64,000 nucleotides of DNA from a virus. Taxonomy: Duplodnaviria; Caudoviricetes. The DNA lies in IMG/VR virus record IMGVR_UViG_3300032038_000003, positions 96,001-160,000 of that record; one strand, 5' to 3'. A model generated the notes under the pieces. That model was given only the letters and a program-made list of their open reading frames with translations. It was not told the DNA's origin and did no database searches. A program made the position numbers and the translations under genes. Numbering within the stretch: the stretch's first letter is position 1; every line of letters starts with the position of its first letter. Shown one piece after another: positions 29,167-40,700 of this stretch.

Positions 29167-30281
29167 AATAACTGCCTTCTTTTAAAGTTCTTAAATCCTT
29201 GAATAGAACCGTCATATAAATGTTCGATATATCCAACGCCATTTACATCCTCAGCATTTTGATCCCAGTAATGTTCGTTCCAATGAAAATGATCCCAAAA
29301 GATTGGAGATTCAGATTCAAGAACTTTGATATATTGCTCAATCTTAGGCTTTGGCTTACCTTCTACAGTAAATAATTCATTACGTAATTTAACATCATCT
29401 TCATTCCATAACTGGTGCATCTCAAGACCATATACATAAGTTACTTCTGCATTTGCACTTAAATCTTCTGTTGGTGTTAATAACACACTTCCAGCAGCAG
29501 TAAAATAAATGTGGTCTTGTGGATAATACGATCCGTTAACCTTAATAGAATTTAAAACAATCATAGGATCATTTAATTCTAAGTCACGATCAATATTCTC
29601 CCAGGTTAAGATTCTACGTATTGCAAGTTCACGTCCGATACCATTAATTAAACCGTTTTTAGATGCATTTGCTGGGTTTTTAAATACATCTTGAATACGC
29701 TTTTTATATTCTATATTGGGTTCTTCTGGTAATCTTGGACAAGACATTAATGCACCGAGTTCATCAAGATAATTCCATACTTGATGCGGTATTAATGCAA
29801 CTTCACGAGACCAGTCTTCGTTTTTATATTTGATTTCGATTTTGCCATTATTATGAATAGCATCGGCATTAAATTTTTTACGTACATAAATAATATTACG
29901 TTTATAGTCTACATAATAACATTCGAATGAATGTAATGGTTTGTCTTCAATCATTTGAAGATTAACACCAAAGAATTCTTTAAGATTCTTAGCTTCGTAT
30001 AGACCAGTACCATTAGCAGATACTGTTTCTATGTTATAAGCAGAAAAAGGCATTGGAATAATAGCCTTATAACAAAAATCAATTTGCTTAATATCAACAG
30101 TATCTATATAACATTGATTATAAGCATAATCGATAGTGAATAAGGCATCATCTAATTCCATGCCGAATATATTCAAATAATTTGCACCATTACTATCTTG
30201 TGATTGCTTTCTCATTGAAAACCAATAAGGAAGTTTTTCTAACAAGATACTAGTATGTTCAGCATAAGGAAGTTTTGCCAT
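29163..30281 (-). CDS. Baseplate wedge protein (372 aa)
   Basis: WNYLDELGALMSCPRLPEEPNIEYKKRI...NASKNGLINGIGREL wedge motif, downstream of baseplate J. Confidence 0.7.
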   Translation of the reverse strand: MAKLPYAEHTSILLEKLPYWFSMRKQSQDSNGANYLNIFGMELDDALFTIDYAYNQCYIDTVDIKQIDFCYKAIIPMPFSAYNIETVSANGTGLYEAKNLKEFFGVNLQMIEDKPLHSFECYYVDYKRNIIYVRKKFNADAIHNNGKIEIKYKNEDWSREVALIPHQVWNYLDELGALMSCPRLPEEPNIEYKKRIQDVFKNPANASKNGLINGIGRELAIRRILTWENIDRDLELNDPMIVLNSIKVNGSYYPQDHIYFTAAGSVLLTPTEDLSANAEVTYVYGLEMHQLWNEDDVKLRNELFTVEGKPKPKIEQYIKVLESESPIFWDHFHWNEHYWDQNAEDVNGVGYIEHLYDGSIQGFKNFKRRQLL

Positions 30282-30423
30282 TTACATACCCCCTTGAGAT
30301 AACGTAATAAGCTGTGTCTTTAGAAGCTTCTATTTGTTTTGTAGGCTTAATAATAATTAATGTATTAGGAGCAGTAATACTTCTAAGATAATCATCTAAT
30401 TTTTCTGCCATTATCTTAATCAT
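30259..30423 (-). CDS. Small unannotated protein (54 aa)
   Basis: AGAGGT RBS 7 nt before the ATG. MIKIMAEKLDDYLRSITAPNTLIIIKPTKQIEASKDTAYYVISRGYVNGKTSLC fills the operon gap and is below the ORF-track cutoff. Confidence 0.55.
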   Translation of the reverse strand: MIKIMAEKLDDYLRSITAPNTLIIIKPTKQIEASKDTAYYVISRGYVNGKTSLC

Positions 30424-30436
30424 TAATCATACCTCT

Positions 30437-31255
30437 TTATAAAATTACTACATTATCTACGTCATTAGATAAAGTAAATCTTTCAAACCATCTTGATGTT
30501 TGATTCGTATATAATGCTTTTTCGTTATTGATGTAAAACTCTTTGTTTTGTTCCTGGATGATATATGGACTTACATCCATTATGATCTGAGTCATCTTAT
30601 CTATATTGAACATCTCTCCAATCTTAAGATTAGAAAGATAATCCATAACGACTTGCTGTACTTCGTATTTAATATCTTGTTTGTCGTTATCCGATATATT
30701 ATTGGCAAATGATAATTGCTGTGTAAGTTTAATATAGTTTAAAGTAGGACTTACTACATTATAACGAATACCATATCCATGAACATCTTTAAGACGTTCA
30801 TAGACGTTATCTAAAACATCTTGAGGAGTTACATCTTTATTAGTAAGAACGATTACTGTAAAAGAACCAGCCCCCATTGAATACGGCTGTAATATAACAT
30901 CCTCAACGCCATCAGTTGTAAGAGCTGTTAATCTTACAGCTGTATAATTAGAAGTAGCAAGAGTTAAGCATTGATTGGTAATTCTTGCTCTATAATTATC
31001 ATCAGATTCATTGTCGAGTCTTGTACACTGCAAAAGGCTACCAATAGCATCTAAAGCGTCGTTATCTGCTGTAGTAACGAATGCTCTTAAATGATTGATA
31101 GTCAATGTTGTATATAGATCAGCGATACTTGAATTGATAATATTTAAAAATAATTTTGCAATACTACCAGGACTTGAGTTAAAGCCTATGGCATTAAGAG
31201 CCTTAACACCTTCTTCTGATAGTTCATTAAAGGTTTTTGTATTTAATACGATCAT
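30437..31255 (-). CDS. Baseplate J-like wedge protein (compact, 272 aa)
   Basis: TADNDALDAIG...RLDNESDDNYRARI...GVEDV...GAGSFTVIV. Confidence 0.85.
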   Translation of the reverse strand: MIVLNTKTFNELSEEGVKALNAIGFNSSPGSIAKLFLNIINSSIADLYTTLTINHLRAFVTTADNDALDAIGSLLQCTRLDNESDDNYRARITNQCLTLATSNYTAVRLTALTTDGVEDVILQPYSMGAGSFTVIVLTNKDVTPQDVLDNVYERLKDVHGYGIRYNVVSPTLNYIKLTQQLSFANNISDNDKQDIKYEVQQVVMDYLSNLKIGEMFNIDKMTQIIMDVSPYIIQEQNKEFYINNEKALYTNQTSRWFERFTLSNDVDNVVIL

Positions 31256-31688
31256 ATTTTGGCTCCCATCCGTACCTAATATTTACTCCTTTAACCATAT
31301 CGATTTCTGCGATTAATTCATAAGAGTAAGTGTCTTCGGTACTAGCATCTTTTATCTTGAAATAAATATTATATGTAATATTTATCATATCAACTATAGT
31401 GGCTTTAATAAAGATTTCTTCTGGATTCCATAATGAATCAAATGTTAACTGCTGCATGATTAGCGTTTTACCAGTTTCAGCAGCTGTTTTGTTACATGGT
31501 TTACCAATAAGAGACTCTAAATTAGCACCAATTTCGTCAATAAACCAGTTTGTACTTACTGATTTAATTCTATTATAGGCTAACTGAAGTCTCAAATCAT
31601 TATCCATTTTTGCTTGAATATCCCATGTACTTTGATTAAGCACAAGTTCACCACCTGTACTTAATCCAAAATCAAATCCTTGAACCAT
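31227..31688 (-). CDS. gp25/gpW-like baseplate sheath-initiator protein
   Basis: DFGLSTGGELVL...QLAYNRIKS...W...IGANLESLIG, directly upstream of J. Confidence 0.75.
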   Translation of the reverse strand: MVQGFDFGLSTGGELVLNQSTWDIQAKMDNDLRLQLAYNRIKSVSTNWFIDEIGANLESLIGKPCNKTAAETGKTLIMQQLTFDSLWNPEEIFIKATIVDMINITYNIYFKIKDASTEDTYSYELIAEIDMVKGVNIRYGWEPKYDRIKYKNL

Positions 31689-31705
31689 TTATTCATCCTC
31701 TATAA

Positions 31706-33319
31706 TTAATTATTATTTTTATCTTGTTCCCAAAGATCCATATCAAATTCATATTGAATATCATAATCAATATGAGCTAAGTTAAAGCAACTTTGATCGT
31801 GATCTGAAGAAGCAAAGAAACGTAATTGTATAATGTCATCATTCTTGGTAAACGAATCTGTAATATTCCATTGAGTGGTAGATAAATTATCATTAGTTAA
31901 TTCAAAGTCACCAACAGATAATTTATACGTACCACCATTATAAATGTCTGCTCCAGTGATGCTACCAATACTAATTTCTTTTTTGAGATTTGCTGTATTA
32001 CCAAAATCATATAGTAATATCATTTTGCCAGATGATGTTTTGCCGAATACTGCAAGTTCATCATGTTGGCTACCATGACCACCACCAGATTTGTAATTAT
32101 AAGTATATCCTTTGATCCAGCAACCTTTAATAATATCTGTAGAAATCCAGCCACTATCAAAATAAGATACAGTAGGGTTGGTTTCGAATGTCATTGTACC
32201 TTCGCCATTCATTCCACCGTTTTCACCAGCAACTTTAATAACGCCAGTAGCTTGTACTTGTTTGTCTTTACGTTTATGAATGACAATAACAGGATAAAAT
32301 CCTATCTCTGTAAATTTAAACTGATTGTCATAGCTATTTTGTGTTTCATTTGCAAACTTTGAAATAAAGATTGCATTATCGCATTGTAAATCTCTTTGTA
32401 CATTTGAGTATCCAGTAGATAAATTACCACCATGTACAACAACGGTAGCAATTTCTTGACCATTAGATAATTTACCACCATTTTGATAAGTAATATCTAA
32501 TGTAATATCTGCAAGATTCATTTCTTCAAGTACAGCATATAAGATATACGCTCCACCTTTATCTGCAAGATTTGTGGTAACTAATTGTCCAGGTTGATAA
32601 ACAACTGTTTTAGCATTTGGATCTGGTGACCATCCTTTAAATTCATAATCATCTAATACTGGCTGTGTGCCAATAATAGAGAACTGTTGATCATATTCGA
32701 CTTGCTGCTGATAAGCATATTGTTTTAAAACATTAATAACATATATAATGTTGTATTTGGTAAACTCTTCAAGTTCACCAACAACATCAAATATAATAAC
32801 ACCTTTACGAATATTTTTAGGAATTAAATCTTCATCACCATCTACAAATACACGACTTAAAACATGATCGTCATCTGGTTCTATGATTAATTCATGAACA
32901 CCAGGATGTGCATGTTTTTCTTGAGTTTGTATTCTTACATTGCTTTCTTCGTGATATCCTTTTTCGATAATCTGCTCTGCATGTTCTTCATCAAGAATAA
33001 CATCGCCAATATTAAATATTGGTATACGTCCAACGACTTTTTCTCCTTTTGAATAAGCAATCTTACCTAATAAAATATCATCACTTGTAGCAGTACCGTC
33101 AAAGGTATCTACTATATATTCTATATGAGGAGGATTATCACCATATACCCCCTCATACAGACCAAGTAATCTATAAAGAGCAACTACAAGCTCGTCAAAT
33201 GTCATGTGTTGAATAAAGTAGTAGTCTGGAGCATTAAGGTACTCAAATATTTTATTGATAATATCTTTTGCCTCAAGAAACGAGGTCTTCATGAGATCAT
33301 ATTCTCTATTAAGACTCAT
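31706..33319 (-). CDS. Tail-associated fibre-like protein with a Listeria-Bacteroides (InlB B-type) repeat
   Basis: ATSDDILLGKIAYSKGEKVVG and DLIPKNIRKGVIIFDVVG fibre repeats; YEFKGWS...YQPGQ...LYAV repeat. ATG 33319 preferred because of a GGAG RBS. Confidence 0.65.
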   Translation of the reverse strand: MSLNREYDLMKTSFLEAKDIINKIFEYLNAPDYYFIQHMTFDELVVALYRLLGLYEGVYGDNPPHIEYIVDTFDGTATSDDILLGKIAYSKGEKVVGRIPIFNIGDVILDEEHAEQIIEKGYHEESNVRIQTQEKHAHPGVHELIIEPDDDHVLSRVFVDGDEDLIPKNIRKGVIIFDVVGELEEFTKYNIIYVINVLKQYAYQQQVEYDQQFSIIGTQPVLDDYEFKGWSPDPNAKTVVYQPGQLVTTNLADKGGAYILYAVLEEMNLADITLDITYQNGGKLSNGQEIATVVVHGGNLSTGYSNVQRDLQCDNAIFISKFANETQNSYDNQFKFTEIGFYPVIVIHKRKDKQVQATGVIKVAGENGGMNGEGTMTFETNPTVSYFDSGWISTDIIKGCWIKGYTYNYKSGGGHGSQHDELAVFGKTSSGKMILLYDFGNTANLKKEISIGSITGADIYNGGTYKLSVGDFELTNDNLSTTQWNITDSFTKNDDIIQLRFFASSDHDQSCFNLAHIDYDIQYEFDMDLWEQDKNNN

Positions 33320-33320
33320 A

Positions 33321-33929
33321 TTATTCCACTCCAAAACCTTTTATTCTAAATGCTCTTCCTGTAAAGTATAAACTGCTTTCCTTTACCCCGCCTTTAGGAT
33401 AAGGAGCATTATTAGCTGCATGTATAATCTGATCGTTGCCTTCGTAAATAACTACGTGTGAAAGACTTGAATTACATAATATATCTCCAGGTTGCTTACT
33501 ATCCCAAGGAATCTCATTAAAATATCCAGACCCTGGAATTGTTGAAACCGTAAAACGTGGAGCATTTTGAGGCATTAAACCCATCTCTTTCATGAGATAA
33601 GTAACGAAACCAGAACAATCAAAACACTTACCTTTACTGTCACTAATTTCTCCTTCAGCACCCCATACGTATGTATGACCGATAAAAGTTTTAGCAAGAG
33701 CAATAAAGGCATTTGTTTCTTTAGTTGTCATTGATGTAACGTTTGCTACAGCCATACCAAGTTCACCAACAGCATCAAGGAACTCGTCATTGAATTGTTG
33801 GAAGAGCTTTATATATTCATCTATTTTTTCATCTTCATCCACATCTAATTCATAAAATTCTTTTTTAAGATTCTTGTATGATTCAATGCGGGCTTTTAAA
33901 TCTTGAAATTGTGAAGAGTCATTTGCCAT
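33321..33929 (-). CDS. NlpC/P60 peptidoglycan endopeptidase with N-terminal coiled coil
   Basis: YVWGA...FDCSGFV...PGDIL...HVVIYEGNDQIIHA; Cys-His-His triad intact. Confidence 0.9.
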   Translation of the reverse strand: MANDSSQFQDLKARIESYKNLKKEFYELDVDEDEKIDEYIKLFQQFNDEFLDAVGELGMAVANVTSMTTKETNAFIALAKTFIGHTYVWGAEGEISDSKGKCFDCSGFVTYLMKEMGLMPQNAPRFTVSTIPGSGYFNEIPWDSKQPGDILCNSSLSHVVIYEGNDQIIHAANNAPYPKGGVKESSLYFTGRAFRIKGFGVE

Positions 33930-34759
33930 TATGATTCATCTCCATTTAATTCTGTAGAGCCTTGCATATCTTCTTCTATCGTACTTACGTATCCATCTAC
34001 CTCTTTAATAATATCATAGGCTAAGCATATTTTCATTATTTGTGCGACTTTGAGCTGGGTTGAAATTGAATGATCAGTCTTTTCTGATTCGCTAGTAGCC
34101 TTAGTAAATTCTACGTCGTTACCATAGAATTTAATGTTACCAGTATCTTTGCAGATACGTATACCAGTATTGGCACTAGTAAAGATATCAATGTCTCCAT
34201 TATCTCTTAATTTTATTGTACTCTTATTTTTGAGATTAGTAAGTCCGACTTCGTCGTCTTCGTATTTGTCAAGAGTAGTAATCAAATCCATTGAGGTTTG
34301 ATTGACATCAATATCAGTATAACGAGCACTACTGTTTTCGTATTTGCTTAATTCTCCAGTATCATTAATCCAATCGAGATTCATTGCTATGATATGTTCT
34401 GGAGTACCAGTTTTCCATACGGTATCATCAGCAAGGTATGCTCCTTGGTCAGAGCAACTCCTTGCTGTATAATAACTTTCTGGTATACCAGTAATGACTG
34501 GATTATAAATATTACTGTTAATAAAACTAATAGAACATTTCTGTCCAGCAAAGATACTACCAGATGCCAATCCGCCAGCATGATTCGCAATCGTAACATT
34601 ACCACGATAAAGCCAACCAGAGCCGTTAGGATTAAGATACTTGATTTTACATGTTTCCGTTGTACGGTCATATTCAAGTATCGTACCAGTAGTATCTGAA
34701 AACTGTATACGATTATTATTATTAATTTGTTCTTGTAGACTGTTTTTAATTAAACTCAT
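33929..34759 (-). CDS. Baseplate central spike (gpV/gp5-like OB fold plus beta-helix)
   Basis: GTILEYD...GQKCSISF...PVITG OB-fold pattern and STIKLRDNGDIDIF beta repeats. Follows the hub gene. Confidence 0.7.
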   Translation of the reverse strand: MSLIKNSLQEQINNNNRIQFSDTTGTILEYDRTTETCKIKYLNPNGSGWLYRGNVTIANHAGGLASGSIFAGQKCSISFINSNIYNPVITGIPESYYTARSCSDQGAYLADDTVWKTGTPEHIIAMNLDWINDTGELSKYENSSARYTDIDVNQTSMDLITTLDKYEDDEVGLTNLKNKSTIKLRDNGDIDIFTSANTGIRICKDTGNIKFYGNDVEFTKATSESEKTDHSISTQLKVAQIMKICLAYDIIKEVDGYVSTIEEDMQGSTELNGDES

Positions 34760-37700
34760 TAGTTATCCTCTACTGAAATCTCATCGGCATCTGTTTCTTT
34801 ACCATCTTCACCAGTATTTTCTTCAGTACCAGAGTTTTCATCACCTATTAATAATATTTTTTCACCATCTTTAACACCAGCAATAAATGGTTTGCCTTCC
34901 CACCATAATGGCAATAACACACAAACGTTACGGTTTTCGAGCCAAGAAACAATCTCATCTAATACAACATCAATAATTAATGTAATGATAAGCGTAACTG
35001 CTAAAGAAAGTCCTAATGTTTCTGGAGCAGCAGCAACACCTACAGAATTTAAACCAATAGCAACTTTATCTGCTATACCAGATATCTGATTAATGGCTTC
35101 TACGGCTCTTACTATTCCAACAACAGATTTTCCAAATTTAACCGCTTGAGTAGCTGTTTTTGCATATTTCGCAACAGCTCCCAATGTTTGTAATGCGTGT
35201 GTTATAGATTCAAAGCTTCGGAATGTTCTAATTAATGCATAAACTTCCAAAGCAGATGTTGCCATAGCAGTAGTGTGTACAGCACTTTTAAATCCAAGCA
35301 CACCAGCATTAAAAGCTTGGTTTGCATTTAATTTTCTATATGATGACTGTATCAAAGTAACTGCATCTGCATAACGTTCACAATTTTCTTTTAACAATTT
35401 TCTTGATTGAGCATATTCTGTAAATTGTGAATATAATTTTAAGAAACTGGCAATCAGTGTAATATTTCCACTATCTTGTTCTGGACAAAATCCGATAATG
35501 CCAGGAATAATTGAAGTAGTAAAGCCAGTACTTGTACTAAAGGAATGAATGACTTCTCGTGTCATTGCAAGACCATTTAAATTAGTATAAAAATCATTTA
35601 CCATTAGATAATCATCTGGTTTAACTTGTGGTTGTCCTAAACATAGTATCTGTCCTTGATATTGCTGTTGCCAACCGTATAAAAGATTAGAGATACCAAG
35701 TTTTCTTGCAGCCTCTTTGCCATGTTTAGAGATACCAGTAAACTCATAAAAGGCATCCCATCCAAGATAATCTTGTACAATACAAGAATCTATAATATGA
35801 GTAGATTGTTTAGAATTGTCTATCGTATCATCGCTATGAATAATAGCAGTAGCTTTAGGTGTGCTACCACGGGTATAAATAACTTTAGCGTTTGTAAAAC
35901 TTGGTCTTGATGTTACAGACACTTGATTCTCAATAATAGCACTTAATGAATCTATATAATGCATTTGTGTATTAGCCTTACATTCTTGATAGATAGTACC
36001 ATTGATAATATCGTATCTGTATTTGGTTAAATCAAACGGTAAACCAAAATACAATCTTGAATCAAACTGATATTTCTCAGCTTTGATTAAGTATTCTGGC
36101 ATGGTTTGAGCACATAGCTGGAAGACATCCCATGGTGTCATATTATATTGGTTAAATACAATATTAGACTCACCATCACGACCAAAGATAGCCAGCAAGC
36201 TTTCGCTGGTATACATATAACCCCAATGTCTATAAGTTACACCAAACCAGCCATCACTGTTAGATGCTTTATAGACGTTCATCATTAAGTCATATTGCTC
36301 GTATATACCAGTATCAATACCGCCTTGTAAGAAATATTGATCACCACTGTTTATATATAAACCAAAATGTTCAATATTATATTTAGATCCTTCAAACCAG
36401 TTACCACCAAAGAACAAATGATTCATCCAGCTTTCACGCTTAACCATTATCTCTCCGATAATGTTAGACGCTTCTTGAGTAGCACCAAGACCAAATAATC
36501 CTAAAGCACCATTGTTTACGTCTTTAGTCTTGTCTGAAGTAATAGATTGAATCAGTTCGTGTCCATCAGAAGTAACTGTAATACTAATCTGATCTCCTAA
36601 TGTCATACCAGAGATAGTACCGTTTATAATAGGAGCAAGTGACATTGGATCAGATCCATATCCCATTCGTAAATGAACTCTTGCACCTTCTCTTACTTTG
36701 GTATGGTTAAATAAAATACTGTGCATCTGAATTAATCTGTTGGTAATTTTCAAACCACCAGCAATCATACCAAAGTTTTTATATAGCCATCTGTTGAATC
36801 CACAATAGTCTTTGTCGTCTGCAATACTATAATTGATTAAAGCAGCAGAACTTCTGTCAAGATTGTGATATGTATTAGTAACTGTTATTTGAGCAGTTTC
36901 TGTTGGCATATCGTTAGCGGCATGGTATTGAATATCTATAACAGGCTTATAAACATAGAAGTTAGTCCAAAGCTTACGACCGTCATACCATTGTGCCTGG
37001 TCATCTAAGATACAGAATAGGAAAGTAGGGAATGCCTTAACAAGTCTGCCTTTTGATGAATACTGACAGTCATCGACAAATGATGTGTTGATTCTGTTTA
37101 GATCATTATTAAGTTTAGACCATTCTTCTCCTACATTACTATCATGTGTATCAAAATGTTTAGACTTGATATAGATTGGCTTACCAAACGCTAATGTGTC
37201 AGAAATATTTACAGCAGACACTGAATATTGTCTTGCAACAGTAACGGTATTACTTGATGCCTGACTCACACCATATCCTTTAATATTATAACCAACTGTA
37301 TAAGAAGGTTCTTTATATCCATAGAAGATATGCTGATTAACAGTTCCTATTTGAACATATTTAGCATTTCTATGGTTAACTGCATAATTGGAATTGCTCA
37401 TACTTGTAAAAGCAAGCACCTTGTAATTCTTTTTCCAGCGAGCACCAGCTTGGAATACTCTTTGTACGCAAGCTTTTGCCTCATTCATATCTTTCTCTTC
37501 TTGACTGGTTTTATCAGAAGAAAAGTTATTGTTTTTAATATAAGCTGTAATTCCACCACCCTTATAATGGAACTGAATCGAATCATAAATGTATTGAGCC
37601 ATTGCCATTTTACATGCCAATGTTTCTCCTTCACATTCAGTTGCAATAGCAATAGCTAATGCATTAAATTCATCGGTAGTCATTGTCTTATATTCTGATA

Positions 37701-40700
37701 TAGTTACAGAACCGTCTGTCCAAGCAGAACCATCGTCTTCAATATCTGGTAAAGACAATTCACTTATACTTGCTTGATCTAATTCAATAGGAGCAGTTGT
37801 ATCAGCTAATTCTTCTGCGTTAGCTGCTCTATTTCGTCTATTGTATTCATTTAATTTAATAGCATCACTATTATCAATAGAAGCAGATACAGTTGTACTT
37901 GTACCAGCTGGTCCATTAATGCATTGAGCAGATGCATTACGTGGCATTCCATCCATAATTTCAGCAATCTTATTATGCCATTCTGGATCAGTTGCATACT
38001 CATGAACTCCACCATTATTACGCATCTGGTTCAATGTTTTCTGTCCATATGAACTATTGTAATAGTTATTAGATATCCATTTTGCTCCGCCTATAATACC
38101 AGCAGCCAAACCAGAATTAAATGAATACGCTGAGCTATATGGAGAACTATCAAATGCTCCAATACCAAAATAGTTATTCTTATCTCTTGAAATCTTAGAT
38201 GTTCCCCATCCAGATTCAAGTGCTGCATGTGCAAGAATATATCTTGGATCCAGACCAGATTCTTGTCCAGCTTTAATAAACACAGAAGCATTATTTCTAA
38301 ATGGAGAATTAGAAGGAGCTACTGAGTTAATATAAGCGTTTAATTCTGTTTCTGATATTGGAGACCATACACCAAGGTCTTGGTTAATAGTATCTGTATT
38401 TCCGCCTCCACCAGTACCAAACGAAGCATTGCTTGTTTGGTTATAAGCTCTTGATTCAGCACTATCATCACCAAATGGATTATCAGATTCATATCCTTCT
38501 GTTTGTGAAATGACAGTAGCTTTTTTAGGAACAATGTTACCGTTTTCATCTGGATATTGGTTACCATCACTATCATAAGGATTAGATTGTGATGTACCTT
38601 GCATATTGCTATCTTCTTGCAATGGAATGATACGATACACATTTCCAACGCTAAATGGTAATTGTTCTTCTGTTACGCCATCTATTTGATTGACATCTAT
38701 AACAGCAAGGTTCTTTGTTTTGTCATAGCCGAGAGCAACAACATGCCAAGTTTTAGAACTGTCTGATATAATATCTCCTCGTTTTATATCGCTCGACGAT
38801 ACTTGCTGAAAGATATCCATAGAATCTAAATCTCTGGCCTTCAATCTCTGGAAATTATCTGGTAAAATTCCCATAGTTTTTAATGTCCAAGTAATAAGGC
38901 CAAGATTGTCAAACTTTTCGCCTTTCCAATCTCGAACTTCTCCTTCGGCATTCGCTTCGTAATGGCATCCTAATTTAGTTCTTAAGAGATTAATAAAACC
39001 AGTGACTTTGGTATCAGTGTCTTCACCGTCACCATAAGTAGGTTTGAATTGTCTTTCTGTACTACCACTAATTCCATCTGTTTGTACTGGGTTTGAATAT
39101 CCTTGGAAACCAGTAGAACCAGTGCTTTGTTTTTCTTGATTAGCCTGTTCTTGTTCTTCATGATATATAGAAAGATAAGTATTAGGATAAAATACGTAGA
39201 AATCTGGATCTACATATCCTTGGTATATTGGAGAACTTGGAACGTTACCGTTTTTATATACATTATTACCACCTTCATTCAGCCAAGAATTAGGATATCT
39301 TGAGCGAGTATCTCCTTTACCAAATGAAACATTCGATGGTTGTAATGGATAGCTTGTATATGGTAATTGGTCTTTATTATTATATCTTCTGAAAGCATTG
39401 ATATTAGTAATTGCTTCGTTTACTTCAGCATAAGTAGGAAGTCTTAAATCTGGATAGACTTCCATGGTAGTTCTTAATTTCCATTCTGCATAATTGTCTT
39501 GATAAATCTTCGTCATTAAACCAGACAAAGATTGTTCAATACATTGATTTTCGTTAGGTGCAGTTGCTGCTTTTAATGCACTGCCAGTTAATTCAAGTTC
39601 TGACACATTAGATTCATGACCATCAAACGGCAAGAATCCATTTAACTCTTCACGTTTAGACTGAGCAATATCATAAGATACGCATAATAATCTAACTTGA
39701 TATAATCCTGGAATGCCAGGAACCGTATGAGTTTCTACTGATTCAATCGTACAGAACAATGATCCACAGAAAGTTACGAAATCGGCTTCTACTTTAACAA
39801 ATCCGATAGAACCTCTAATCTTTGGATTATTACGAGTCATTAAGTCATTCTTAATTTGGCATTGTTCGATACTACCAACTACGTTTACATCAGTAGTTTC
39901 AAATACAATATTAAACTGAGTATCTAATCCACCAAGATACTGAAGTGTAGGACTACAAGCATCTGACATCTGAATAGAAGTAAGCATGTTTGCATAGCTA
40001 CACTGAAAAGCAGTAATATGTACATCTGAATCATTTGAGTCAATTACTGTTTCATAATTGTCTGGATTAATAACTTTCTGTAATATTGTCTGTTCTTTTG
40101 TTGTACCATCTGTTTTATCTTCAACGGTTGCCAGTACTTTTTCACTTAAAATACTTAATTTAAATGCAGTATGATCTCTATTGACTGGTAACGATTGAAG
40201 ATTTTTATATACATGTTCTTCAGTTAAAATGGACTGTGTATAATATCTAAATAGATCCCAATCAATAGTATGCCTAAACATAATATTTGGCATCTCAATA
40301 TAAGGCATCATATCTACTTCTTGCAAAGTGACATGTGCCGTTAATGCATTTTGGAATCCATCAATTGTAGATATAACAATAGACTGTAAAGCAACGACGT
40401 AGATATTATACGCATCATTCAAAAGTTCATTACGTACTGGTAAGAATGGAGTTAATTTGAATTGTGCTAATAAAGGTCTTAATCCATCAACATAATAAAA
40501 GTTAGAATATTTATCGCCATCTTTATGTGCTGGACCAGGAACTTTATATCCATTGATTTCGTCCATACCATCAAATACCAAATCAATTTGAATGGTACGT
40601 TTATGATAACCAGTCTTTTGCTTTTGAGAGTTCTCTTGTCTTAAAGTTTGGATATTTTGAGAAAATGATTCCGAAGAGACATAAATAAACTCTGGAGGAA

